From NCBI GenBank assembly GCA_016234805.1, contig JACRNU010000054.1:24329-88328 (forward strand): a DNA stretch of 64,000 nt. The letters run 5' to 3'. Within the stretch, counting starts at the first letter, position 1; the number at the start of each line of letters is the position of its first letter. The translations under genes were made by a program, and so were the position numbers. The notes beneath the pieces were generated by a model that saw only the letters and a program-made list of their open reading frames with translations, did no database searches and had not been told where the DNA came from. Source of the stretch: Elusimicrobiota bacterium. Its GTDB lineage: Bacteria; Elusimicrobiota; Elusimicrobia; UBA1565; UBA9628. This document shows positions 1 to 8,304 of the stretch, piece by piece.

Positions 1-8
1 AGCCGGCG

Positions 9-2132
9 ATGGCCATGGTCATCGTCATCTCGCTGGGAGCTCTGGCAGCCGCGATCTGGCTCGTTCAATGGGTCATGAAGAAGGACATCGGCACGCCGGA
101 GATGCAGAAGATCTCCAACGCCATCAAGACCGGGGCCGAGGCTTTCCTCAGCAGGCAGTACCGGACCATCATCGCCTTGGCCGGGGTTTTCGCCGTGGCC
201 ATCTTCCTCCTTTATGCCTTCGTGCGGGCCCCCAACGCGCACGACCCGGCCGGCCCCATGGTCCTGGCCTTGTGCACGACCCTCTCCTTCATCATGGGAG
301 CGGCGTGTTCCCTGGCCGCGGGCTACGTGGGCATGTGGACCTCCATCCGCACCAACATCAGGACCGCCTCGGCCGCCCGGACCTCGCTCAACGGCGCCCT
401 TCAGGTCGCCCTGCGCGGCGGCGCGGTGAGCGGCATCTTCGTGGTGGCGCTCTCGCTCTTGGGCGTGGGCGGGCTTTTCGCCGCGCTCAAGCTCATGGGC
501 TTCGATTACACCAGGATCCCCTTCATGATCGTGGGCTACGGCTTCGGAGCCTCCTTCGTGGCGCTCTTCGCCCAGCTCGGCGGCGGCATCTACACCAAGG
601 CCGCGGACGTGGGCGCGGACCTCGTGGGCAAGGTCGAGGCCGGCATCCCCGAGGACGATCCGAGGAACCCGGCCGTGATCGCGGACCTGGTCGGCGACAA
701 CGTGGGCGACTGCGCGGGCCGCGGAGCGGACCTCTTCGAGTCCACGGCGGCCGAGAACATCGGCGCCATGATCCTCGGCGTGGGCCTCGCGTCCTACTTC
801 GGCTGGAGGGGCGTGCTGTTCCCTCTCGTGGCGCGCGCCATGGGCATCGTGGCGTCCATCGTCGGGGTCATGGTCGTCCGGACCGATGAGGACGGAGACG
901 CCATGGACGCCTTGAACCGGGGCTACTACGTGGCCTCGTTCCTGGCTGCCGTGGGCTTCGCGATCTCCGCGAAGTGGCTTCTCTCATCGGAGGTCTACCC
1001 GAACGCCTGGATGTACTTCTCCTGCTGCGGACTCATCGGCATCCTCATGGCCCAGGCTTTCGTGTACATCACCCAGTACTACACCGAGTACAAGTACCGG
1101 CCCGTGCTGTCCATCGCCAAGGCCTCGGAGACCGGCCCGGCCACGAACATCATCGCGGGCATCGCGGTCGGGTTCGAGTGCACGGCCGTCCCCATCCTGG
1201 TCATCTCGGCCGCCATCCTCGCCTCCTACAAGCTGGGCGTGGCCGCCATCGGCGCGCATGGCGGGCTCTACGGCACCGCGGTCGCGACCATGGGCATGCT
1301 CGGTACCTGCGCCTACATCCTGGCCATGGACACCTTCGGCCCCATCACGGACAACGCGGGCGGGATCGTCGAGATGTCAAGGCAGCCGGAGGAGATCCGC
1401 AAGAAGACCGACCGCTTGGACGCGGTGGGCAACACCACCAAGGCCCTGACCAAGGGCTACGCCGTGGGCTCGGCGGCCCTGGCCGCCTTCCTGCTGTTCT
1501 CGGCCTACCTCGACGAGATCTACAACTACACCGGCGTGCGCATCGCCGTCGACCTCTCCAAGCCCGAGGTGTTCGTGGCCGCCATGATCGGCGCCATGCT
1601 GGTCTTCCTGTTCTCTGCCCTCTCCATCCGGGCCGTGGGCACCGCGGCCTACGAGGTCATCCGTGAGGTCCGGCGGCAATTCAAGGAGAAGCCGGGCATC
1701 ATGGCCGGCAAGGAAGACCCGGACTACGGTCAGTGCGTGGATATCGTGACCATCGGAGCCCTGAAGGCCATGATCCTTCCCGGCATCCTGGCCGTGGCCG
1801 GTCCCGCCGTGGTGGGCATCGCCTTCAAGGTCTTCATCACCCCGGCGAATCCGACCATCGCGGCCGAGGCCGTGGCCGGCATGCTGATGGTCGGAACCAT
1901 CGCGGGTGTCCTCCTTGGCCTGTTCCTCAATAACGCGGGCGGGGCCTGGGACAATGCCAAGAAGTACATCGAGACGGGCCAGCTCGGCGGCAAGCGCTCG
2001 GACTCGCACAAGGCCGCGGTGGTCGGCGACACCGTGGGCGACCCGTTCAAGGACACCGCGGGACCCTCCCTGCATGTGCTCGTCAAGCTCCTGGCCACCG
2101 TGACCCTGGTCCTGGCTCCCTTGTTCTTATAG
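9..2132 (+). CDS. hppA: Membrane-bound proton-translocating pyrophosphatase (V-type H+-PPase)
   Basis: 707 aa polytopic protein with the H+-PPase motifs GDNVGDCAGRGADLFES, DVGADLVGKVE and KAAVVGDTVGDPFKDTAGPSLHV. The start codon is 9 nt from the window edge, so the N-terminus is probably intact but unverified. Confidence 0.9.
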   Translation: MAMVIVISLGALAAAIWLVQWVMKKDIGTPEMQKISNAIKTGAEAFLSRQYRTIIALAGVFAVAIFLLYAFVRAPNAHDPAGPMVLALCTTLSFIMGAACSLAAGYVGMWTSIRTNIRTASAARTSLNGALQVALRGGAVSGIFVVALSLLGVGGLFAALKLMGFDYTRIPFMIVGYGFGASFVALFAQLGGGIYTKAADVGADLVGKVEAGIPEDDPRNPAVIADLVGDNVGDCAGRGADLFESTAAENIGAMILGVGLASYFGWRGVLFPLVARAMGIVASIVGVMVVRTDEDGDAMDALNRGYYVASFLAAVGFAISAKWLLSSEVYPNAWMYFSCCGLIGILMAQAFVYITQYYTEYKYRPVLSIAKASETGPATNIIAGIAVGFECTAVPILVISAAILASYKLGVAAIGAHGGLYGTAVATMGMLGTCAYILAMDTFGPITDNAGGIVEMSRQPEEIRKKTDRLDAVGNTTKALTKGYAVGSAALAAFLLFSAYLDEIYNYTGVRIAVDLSKPEVFVAAMIGAMLVFLFSALSIRAVGTAAYEVIREVRRQFKEKPGIMAGKEDPDYGQCVDIVTIGALKAMILPGILAVAGPAVVGIAFKVFITPANPTIAAEAVAGMLMVGTIAGVLLGLFLNNAGGAWDNAKKYIETGQLGGKRSDSHKAAVVGDTVGDPFKDTAGPSLHVLVKLLATVTLVLAPLFL

Positions 2133-2138
2133 GAATAT

Positions 2139-2147
2139 TGATATAAT
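2139..2147 (+). promoter_or_regulatory. Extended -10 promoter element TGATATAAT about 9 nt upstream of the yajC ATG
   Basis: Perfect TGnTATAAT in an otherwise GC-rich intergenic region. The predicted transcription start falls at or next to the ATG, implying a leaderless or near-leaderless mRNA. Confidence 0.5.
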
Positions 2148-2156
2148 CGAGGTCCC

Positions 2157-2471
2157 ATGCAAAGCCAAGCCAATCCCATCGTCAGCCTTATCCCCATCAT
2201 CGCGATCTTCCTCATCTTCTACTTCCTGCTCATCCGTCCTCAGCAGAAGGAGGCTGCGACCCACAAAAAGATGCTCGAGGCCTTGAAGAAAGGCGACCGC
2301 GTCCTGACCAACTCCGGCTTCTACGGCGTCATCATGGGGATGAAGGGCGACGACCTCGAGGTGCGCTTCGGGGACTCCGTGAAGCTCCTCATGGCCCGCT
2401 CCGCGGTGACGAGGCTGCTCTCGAGCGAGTCGGGGATGGAGCTTTCGACGGCGAATAAGGAGAAAATCTGA
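2157..2471 (+). CDS. yajC: Preprotein translocase subunit YajC
   Basis: 104 aa with a single N-terminal TM segment and the YajC core LLIRPQQK...GDRVLTNSGFYGVI. It lies immediately upstream of secDF. Confidence 0.85.
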   Translation: MQSQANPIVSLIPIIAIFLIFYFLLIRPQQKEAATHKKMLEALKKGDRVLTNSGFYGVIMGMKGDDLEVRFGDSVKLLMARSAVTRLLSSESGMELSTANKEKI

Positions 2472-2557
2472 TGAAGCTTCGCTTTGCCCCCACAACTACG
2501 CGCCTCCCCGCGGGGGAGGCTTGTGACACCCCCGCGGGGGAGGCTTGTGAATTATGA
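2471..2557 (+). promoter_or_regulatory. Micro-ORF (28 codons, MKLRFAPTTTRLPAGEACDTPAGEACEL) spanning a tandem CCCCGCGGGGGAGGCTTGTGA hairpin; its stop/start codons overlap both neighbours (TGATG with the yajC stop, ATGA with the secD start)
   Basis: The reading frame and overlaps were read directly from the sequence. The palindrome CCTCCCCGCGGGGGAGG places a GGAGG Shine-Dalgarno about 12 nt before the secD ATG, with a complementary CCTCC in the other arm. This is copy 1 of 3 (see findings). Confidence 0.6.
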
Positions 2558-3966
2558 CAAAGCTCCAGATGAAGTGGGGCGGGGTCGGACTCCTGAGCGT
2601 GCTCGCGCTCTTCCTCCTGTACCCGAGCATCAACTGGTACTCGATGGATGCGGCCGAGCGCGAGAAGCTCGAGACCTTCAAGATGAGGCCCAAGTTCCTC
2701 GTCAACTTGGGATTGGACCTCAAGGGCGGGTCCCACCTCCTCATGGAGCTCGACATCGCCAAGCTCGACCCCAAGGCCGACATCCAGGACGCCATGGCGC
2801 GGGCCATCGAGATCATCCGCAACAGGGTGGACCAGTTCGGCGTCTCCGAGCCTCTCATCGCCCGGCAGGGCAAGCGCTGGATCGTGGTCCAGCTCCCCGG
2901 CATCTCGAACGCGGCCGCTGCCAAGGACATCGTGGGCAAGACCGCGCTCCTTGAGTTCCGCATCGTTCAGACGGGAGAGAAGGCCCAGGAGGCCCTGGGC
3001 AAGATCGCGGAGCTCGGCAACCCGTTCGTCGGCGAGTCGGTCTCCACGTCGGCGGCCAAGCTCGTGCCCCAGGGGATGGAGCTCTTCCGCGGCAAGGAGA
3101 GCCAGATCTATCTGCTGAGCTCCACGGTGCCTTTCACGGGCGCGGACCTCGAGACCGCGCGCGTCGAGACCGGCGGCAACTACGGCCTGCCGGTGGTGGC
3201 CTTCAAGTTCAAGCCCGAGAAGGGCAATGAGTTCGCGTCCTTCACCGGCGCCAACGTGCAGAAGAACATGGCCATCGTGCTCGACAGGGTCGTCTTTTCC
3301 GCGCCTGTCATCAAGCAGCGCATCACAGGCGGCTCGGGCATCATCGAAGGCGAGTTCACCATGCAGGACGCGCACGCGCTCTCCATCGTCCTGCGCGCGG
3401 GCGCCCTTCCGGCCCCGGTCAAGATCATCGAGGAGCGCACGATCGGCCCCTCCCTGGGAGAGGACTCCATCAAGGCCGGCCTCATGGCCACCGCCATCGC
3501 AGGCCTCTTCATCTTCGTCTTCATGATCGTCTACTACAAGGGCTCAGGGTTCATCGCGGACATCGCCCTGGTGCTGAACCTCGTCTTCCTCATGGCCGGG
3601 ATGGCCTACTTCGGGGCCACCCTGACCCTGCCCGGCATCGCGGGCATCATCCTGACCATCGGCATGGCCGTGGACGCCAACGTGCTGATCCTCGAGCGCA
3701 TCAAGGAGGAGCTGGCCTTGGGCAAGCCCATCCGCTTGGCCGTGGACGCCGGCTATGAGAAGGCCCTGAGCGCGATCATCGACTCGAACCTGACGACCGT
3801 GTTCACCGCCATCTTCCTGTTCCAGTTCGGCACCGGGCCCATCAAGGGGTTCGCCGTCACCCTGATGATGGGCCTCATGATCAGCATGTTCACCGCCATC
3901 TTCGTGACCAAGCTGATCTACCATACCTATCTCGCCAGCCGCGACGTGGCGGAGTTGAGCATCTGA
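2554..3966 (+). CDS. secD: Protein translocase subunit SecD
   Basis: 470 aa with an N-terminal TM, a periplasmic domain and C-terminal 6-TM bundle motifs (GIAGIILTIGMAVDANVLILERIKEE). Gene order yajC-secD-secF is conserved. Confidence 0.9.
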   Translation: MTKLQMKWGGVGLLSVLALFLLYPSINWYSMDAAEREKLETFKMRPKFLVNLGLDLKGGSHLLMELDIAKLDPKADIQDAMARAIEIIRNRVDQFGVSEPLIARQGKRWIVVQLPGISNAAAAKDIVGKTALLEFRIVQTGEKAQEALGKIAELGNPFVGESVSTSAAKLVPQGMELFRGKESQIYLLSSTVPFTGADLETARVETGGNYGLPVVAFKFKPEKGNEFASFTGANVQKNMAIVLDRVVFSAPVIKQRITGGSGIIEGEFTMQDAHALSIVLRAGALPAPVKIIEERTIGPSLGEDSIKAGLMATAIAGLFIFVFMIVYYKGSGFIADIALVLNLVFLMAGMAYFGATLTLPGIAGIILTIGMAVDANVLILERIKEELALGKPIRLAVDAGYEKALSAIIDSNLTTVFTAIFLFQFGTGPIKGFAVTLMMGLMISMFTAIFVTKLIYHTYLASRDVAELSI

Positions 3967-3968
3967 TC

Positions 3969-4913
3969 ATGCAATTCATCGGCAAGACCACCATCGACTT
4001 CGTCGGCAACCGCTGGAAGCTTTTCCTGCTTTCCGGCTTCCTTGTCGGCGGCTCTATCGTGAGCCTCGCGACCCGGGGGCTCGTGTTCGGCATCGACTTC
4101 ACGGGCGGGACCGTGGTCCAGGTCACCTTCGAAAAGCCCATGAACCTCGGCGACCTGCGCAAGGCCGTAGAGGAGTCCGGCATCCCGGACGCGTCCCTCC
4201 AGAGTTTCCCCAAGACCAACACCTTCTCCATCCGGATGAAGTCCGGGGAGGAGGCGTCCGCGGCGGACATCGAAGTGCAGGTGGCAGCCATCCAGAAGGC
4301 GGTCGGGGAAAACAAGTTCCGCATCGAGAGCCAGGAGTTCGTGGGCCCGGCCGTGGGCAAGCACCTCTACCGGCAGGCCCTGTGGGCCATCGTCCTCTCC
4401 CTGCTCGGCATCATCGTCTACATCGCGTTCCGGTTCGAGAATCCGATCTGGGGCGTGGCCGGCGTGGTCGCCATCGGCCACGATGTGCTCGCCACGCTGG
4501 GCCTGTTCTCCGTCACCGGGTGCGAGGTGGACCTGTTGATCGTCTCCGCCCTGCTGACCATCGCGGGCTACTCCATCAACGACACCATCGTCATCTTCGA
4601 CCGGATGCGCGAGCTCATGAAGCTCTACCGCCACGAGCCGCTCGACGCCACCATCAACCGGGCCGTCAACGAGACCCTGTCGCGCACCATCATCACCAAC
4701 GGCACGGTCTTCACGGTGGTCCTGATCCTGTTCCTCCTCGGCGGCAAGGTCATCCACAACTTCGCCATGGCCATGGTCTTCGGCGCGGTGGTCGGCACCT
4801 ACTCGACCATCGCCATCGCCTCGCCCATGGTATTCGAGTGGTATGTCCGGATGAAGAGGCCGGGGTCTTCACCCCAACCCGCCGGACGTCCTGCGGGCAA
4901 AGCCCGCCGATAG
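3969..4913 (+). CDS. secF: Protein translocase subunit SecF
   Basis: 314 aa with the SecF signature (GIDFTGGT, TLSRTIITNGT) directly after secD. Confidence 0.9.
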   Translation: MQFIGKTTIDFVGNRWKLFLLSGFLVGGSIVSLATRGLVFGIDFTGGTVVQVTFEKPMNLGDLRKAVEESGIPDASLQSFPKTNTFSIRMKSGEEASAADIEVQVAAIQKAVGENKFRIESQEFVGPAVGKHLYRQALWAIVLSLLGIIVYIAFRFENPIWGVAGVVAIGHDVLATLGLFSVTGCEVDLLIVSALLTIAGYSINDTIVIFDRMRELMKLYRHEPLDATINRAVNETLSRTIITNGTVFTVVLILFLLGGKVIHNFAMAMVFGAVVGTYSTIAIASPMVFEWYVRMKRPGSSPQPAGRPAGKARR

Positions 4914-4970
4914 GCAGGTGCCAGGCTTGGACGCAAGTATGGAGCTCCGGTTCAAGCCTGGCACCTGTGC
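4914..4970. repeat. Hairpin repeat GGTGCCAGGCTTGG-N-CCAAGCCTGGCACC (family copy 1)
   Basis: 14-bp near-perfect inverted arms read directly from the sequence. The same stem sequence recurs at 5607-5660 and 61660-61712. Confidence 0.8.
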
Positions 4971-4979
4971 TCCGGCAAT

Positions 4980-5606
4980 ATGAAGAAGATCCGCGGCTTC
5001 AAGCTTTCGGTCCGGCCCAAGGAGGTCCACCGCCTCGCCAGGAAGGCGGGACTCGACCTCGCCCCTTTCGGCGTGGAGCCCCCTCCTGAAGGACGGCCCA
5101 CCGCGGTCTCCGCCGCCGGCGTGGCCGCCCTCTCCAGGGAGATCGACCCGGCTGTCAGGCTCCTGACCCCCGCGGTCCTCTACGAATCCTTCCCGGGCTC
5201 CACCGTCGCCGACGCGTCCATCAAGCTGCTCGCCCCCATCCCGGGCGTGGCCTTCAGCCTGGTCCTGGCCACGCTCGGCGAAAGCATCGGCGCGAAGAAG
5301 CGCGAGCTGGAGGGGAGCGATCCCCCGCGGGCCCGGTTGTGGGCCGTCATCTGCGAGAGCGCCCTGGCTGAGGCGGTGCGGTTCGCGTCCTCCCTCATCG
5401 AGACCGAGGCCGCGCTGGAGAACTGCGAGCTCAGTCCTCTCAACCCTTTGACCGGCAACGAGGCCCTGGCCGCCGCGCTCGACAGGCTGGATTGCTCCAA
5501 GATCGGTGTGAGCCTTGCAGACGACGGGCTGCGGCCCCCGGATTCGACGATCGTGACCCTGAGTTGGCTTTCGAAGTCCCGCGGACGCAACAAGCCGAAG
5601 GCTTGA
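4980..5606 (+). CDS. Hypothetical protein (208 aa), bracketed by two copies of the GGTGCCAGG hairpin
   Basis: An ORF with a plausible start (MKKIRGFKL) that fills the interval between secF and the acyltransferase gene. I recognise no domain; its coding status rests on ORF length and context only. Confidence 0.4.
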   Translation: MKKIRGFKLSVRPKEVHRLARKAGLDLAPFGVEPPPEGRPTAVSAAGVAALSREIDPAVRLLTPAVLYESFPGSTVADASIKLLAPIPGVAFSLVLATLGESIGAKKRELEGSDPPRARLWAVICESALAEAVRFASSLIETEAALENCELSPLNPLTGNEALAAALDRLDCSKIGVSLADDGLRPPDSTIVTLSWLSKSRGRNKPKA

Positions 5607-5660
5607 GGTGCCAGGCCTGGGCGCAGACAGGTCGCACCGGTCCAGACCTGGCACCTGGGC
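5607..5660. repeat. Hairpin repeat GGTGCCAGGCCTGG-N-CCAGACCTGGCACC (family copy 2)
   Basis: Same arm sequence as 4914-4970 with one transition in each arm. It lies immediately 3' of the hypothetical gene. Confidence 0.8.
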
Positions 5661-5678
5661 CTAGTTTCTCCACGCAAG

Positions 5679-7631
5679 ATGCTTAGAGCCATCGCCCCGT
5701 ATCTCGGCTACCTCTACATGACCCTGGTGGGCTGGACCACCCGGTGGCGCGTCCTGGGCGGGGAGCGCAAGGCGGGCTTGAGGCGCTCGGGCCGGCGCTT
5801 CATCTACGCGTTCTGGCACCAGCGGCAGGTCTTTTTCACCTATTCGCACCGGGGCGACAGCGCCAAGGTCCTGGTGAGCCGCAGCAGGGACGGGGAGATC
5901 ATCGCCCGCGTCATGGAGATCTCCCGCATCGGCGCGGCGCGCGGCTCGTCGAGCAGGGGGTTCACGGCCGCCCTCAAGGACATGGCGCGCACCGTGGAGG
6001 AGGGCTTCGACCTCGGCATCACTCCGGACGGGCCCAGGGGGCCGGCCCGAGAGGTCAAATCCGGGGTGGTCTTCCTTGCCCAGAAGCTGGGCATCCCCAT
6101 CCTTCCCATCGCCACTGCGCTCACGAGCAAGCTGGTGTTCAAGAAGAGTTGGGACCTCTTTCAGTTCCCCCTGCCTTTCGGCAGGGGCATCGTGGCCTAC
6201 GGGATGCCCGTCGCGGTGGGCCCGGACGACGATCCCAAGGCCAAGGCCGCGGAGGTCAAGGCGGCCTTGGACCGCGTCACGGACGAGGCGGATGCGGCCG
6301 TGCTCCTGGAGCCGTCTTTCGTCGCGGCGGCCACGGCGCGGTGCGTGGCCCTTCTCTCGACTTTGCTCGCCCCGGTCGTGGCCGCGGGCTTCGCCTTGAA
6401 GATGCTGGCGTCGCCCAGGCGCAAGCTCATGCTTCCGCTGCCCGAGGAATGGAAGGAGCGCACCGGCCGCGTCGACGCGGGCAAGCTCGCGGCCGCTCCA
6501 GCCCGGCCCGTGCTCTGGGTCCACGCGGCCTCGGTCGGCGAGGCGGCCGCGGCCCAGCTCCTCATCGAGCGCGTCCTCGGCCGGAAGGCTCCTCCCTCGG
6601 TGGTCGTCACCTGCAACACCGCGGCGGGCCGCAGCCGGGCCCTCAAGATCCCGGGAATCTCAGCCGCGTGGCTGGCCCCGCTCGACAGCCTTCCCACGGT
6701 GGGCAGGTTCCTCGACGCGGTCAGGCCATACGCACTGCTCCTCATCGAGACCGAGCTCTGGCCAGGGATGCTCGAGGCCGCGTTCCGGCGCGGTCTGAAG
6801 GTCGGCCTGGCCAACGGGCGGCTTTCTCCAAGGAGCTTCGGAGCGTACCGGCTCTTCAAGCCCCTCATCAGCCCGTTCCTCAGGCGTCTGGACCGCGTCG
6901 CGGCCCAGACCCCGTCGGACGCTGAGCGTTTCCTGGCCTTGGGCGCGGACCGGGACAGGGTGGCCGTGTGCGGCAACATGAAGTTCGACCTCATCGCTCC
7001 GCCGGCGGGTCTTGACCGGACCCGGGAGTCCCTGCGCCGGCTCGGATGGGAGGCCAGCCCTCTGCTGGTGGCGGGCAGCACGCATCCCGTGGAGGAGGAG
7101 GCCGTGGTGGCCGCCTTCCAGCAGCTCCGACGCAGCCATCCAGGCCTTCGGCTCGTGCTCGCTCCGAGGCACCCGGAGCGCGGCGCGGACGCGGCAGCCA
7201 TGCTCACTCGCTTGGGCGTGCGCTTCGCGCTCTGGTCGAGGCTGGGAGAGGGACTGGGGGACCGCGAGTGCCTGCTGATCGATGTCATGGGCGTCCTGCC
7301 CGCGTGGTACGCTTTCGCCTCGGTCTGTTTCGTGGGCGGGACCCTGGTCCCGGTCGGAGGCCACAACCTCCTCGAGCCCGCCGCGCACGGCAAGCCTTCC
7401 GTGTTCGGCCCCCACACCTTCCACACCGAGCAGTCAGCCCTGGCCCTTGCCAGGTCGGGCGGCGGAGTGAGGGTGCGGGGCCCAGAAGAACTGGCTGCCG
7501 CGTTCGGCAAGCTCCTTGCCGAGCCCGAATTCAGCAGGAAGGCGGGAGAGAAGGCTCGGGAGACCCTGGCCGGCCTGCAGGGCGGCATCGAGAGGACCCT
7601 CGCCCACCTGGGTCCCTGCCTCGAAGTATAG
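5679..7631 (+). CDS. waaA: Fusion protein: DUF374 lysophospholipid-acyltransferase-like domain + 3-deoxy-D-manno-octulosonic acid (Kdo) transferase
   Basis: The N-terminal ~220 aa (FIYAFWHQRQ...SRDGEI...ITPDGPRGP) resemble DUF374. The C-terminal ~425 aa (VLWVHAASVGEA...SPLLVAGSTHP...RLVLAPRHPER...FVGGTLVPVGGHNLLEPAA) resemble GT30 Kdo transferase. Confidence 0.8.
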   Translation: MLRAIAPYLGYLYMTLVGWTTRWRVLGGERKAGLRRSGRRFIYAFWHQRQVFFTYSHRGDSAKVLVSRSRDGEIIARVMEISRIGAARGSSSRGFTAALKDMARTVEEGFDLGITPDGPRGPAREVKSGVVFLAQKLGIPILPIATALTSKLVFKKSWDLFQFPLPFGRGIVAYGMPVAVGPDDDPKAKAAEVKAALDRVTDEADAAVLLEPSFVAAATARCVALLSTLLAPVVAAGFALKMLASPRRKLMLPLPEEWKERTGRVDAGKLAAAPARPVLWVHAASVGEAAAAQLLIERVLGRKAPPSVVVTCNTAAGRSRALKIPGISAAWLAPLDSLPTVGRFLDAVRPYALLLIETELWPGMLEAAFRRGLKVGLANGRLSPRSFGAYRLFKPLISPFLRRLDRVAAQTPSDAERFLALGADRDRVAVCGNMKFDLIAPPAGLDRTRESLRRLGWEASPLLVAGSTHPVEEEAVVAAFQQLRRSHPGLRLVLAPRHPERGADAAAMLTRLGVRFALWSRLGEGLGDRECLLIDVMGVLPAWYAFASVCFVGGTLVPVGGHNLLEPAAHGKPSVFGPHTFHTEQSALALARSGGGVRVRGPEELAAAFGKLLAEPEFSRKAGEKARETLAGLQGGIERTLAHLGPCLEV

Positions 7632-7705
7632 CCGTTTTAGTACAATCAGCGGATGACCGAGCCTGGCGAGGAAATGGTCGATTCCGAGGTCGTGGGAGAG
7701 AGACC

Positions 7706-8299
7706 ATGACGCTCTCCGCCTCGTCGTTGACTCTCATCATCTGCGCGGCCTCTGCCGCGCTCCCGGCTGTCACGCTGGCTGCCCCGGCCGCGGGTTCGAA
7801 GTCCTCGGCCAGGAAGGAATCCCTTAAGACCATGGAGCTCAAGAGTCCCGCATTCGAGAACAACGGCCCCATCCCCAAGGCGCACACCTGCTCCGGGGAG
7901 GATCTCTCCCCTGCCCTGGCCTGGTCCGGGGTTCCCAAAGGCGCCAAGTCCCTGGCCCTCATCATGGACGATCCCGACGCTCCGGTCGGCACCTGGGTGC
8001 ACTGGGTGCTCTACGACCTCCCTGCGGATTCCACGGGCCTGCCCCAGGGCTTCCCCAGGACCGAGGCTTTCCCCGACGGGTCCAGGCACGGCCTCTGCTG
8101 GGGCGTCGAGGAATTCAGCCGTGTGGGCTACAACGGGCCCTGCCCTCCTCCTGGCAAGCAGCACCGGTACGAGTTCAAGCTGTACGCGCTCAAGGAGCCG
8201 CTCGGCCTGCCCCCCAAGGCGACCAAGGCTGAAGTGCTCAAGGCCATGGAGGGCCGCGTTCTGGGTCAGGCGCGGCTCATCGGCACCTTCAAGCGATAG
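7706..8299 (+). CDS. YbhB/YbcL-family PEBP (Raf-kinase-inhibitor-like) protein, secreted
   Basis: Signal peptide followed by the PEBP core motifs (IMDDPDAP...WVHWVLYDLP...GYNGPCPPPGKQHRYEFKLYAL). The start was taken at the ATG at 7706, in frame with the longer listed ORF. Confidence 0.8.
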   Translation: MTLSASSLTLIICAASAALPAVTLAAPAAGSKSSARKESLKTMELKSPAFENNGPIPKAHTCSGEDLSPALAWSGVPKGAKSLALIMDDPDAPVGTWVHWVLYDLPADSTGLPQGFPRTEAFPDGSRHGLCWGVEEFSRVGYNGPCPPPGKQHRYEFKLYALKEPLGLPPKATKAEVLKAMEGRVLGQARLIGTFKR

Positions 8300-8304
8300 G
8301 CGCC

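Noticed and set aside
4914-4985. Sigma-54 promoter (TGGCAC present in the hairpin upstream of the hypothetical gene)
   Set aside because: The -24-like TGGCAC is not followed by a TTGC(A/T) -12 element at the required 4-5 nt spacing. The TGGCAC is part of the palindromic stem.
4980-5606. Assignment of the bracketed 208-aa protein to the methionine-synthase activation-domain family
   Set aside because: Only a vague compositional resemblance was noticed and no diagnostic motif could be matched from memory. It is left as hypothetical.
7046-8299. 417-aa ORF extending the PEBP/YbhB-like gene far upstream
   Set aside because: The upstream 220 codons overlap the 3' end of waaA in another frame and translate to Arg/Gly/Pro-rich low-complexity sequence. 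The PEBP domain with its signal peptide begins at the internal ATG (7706).
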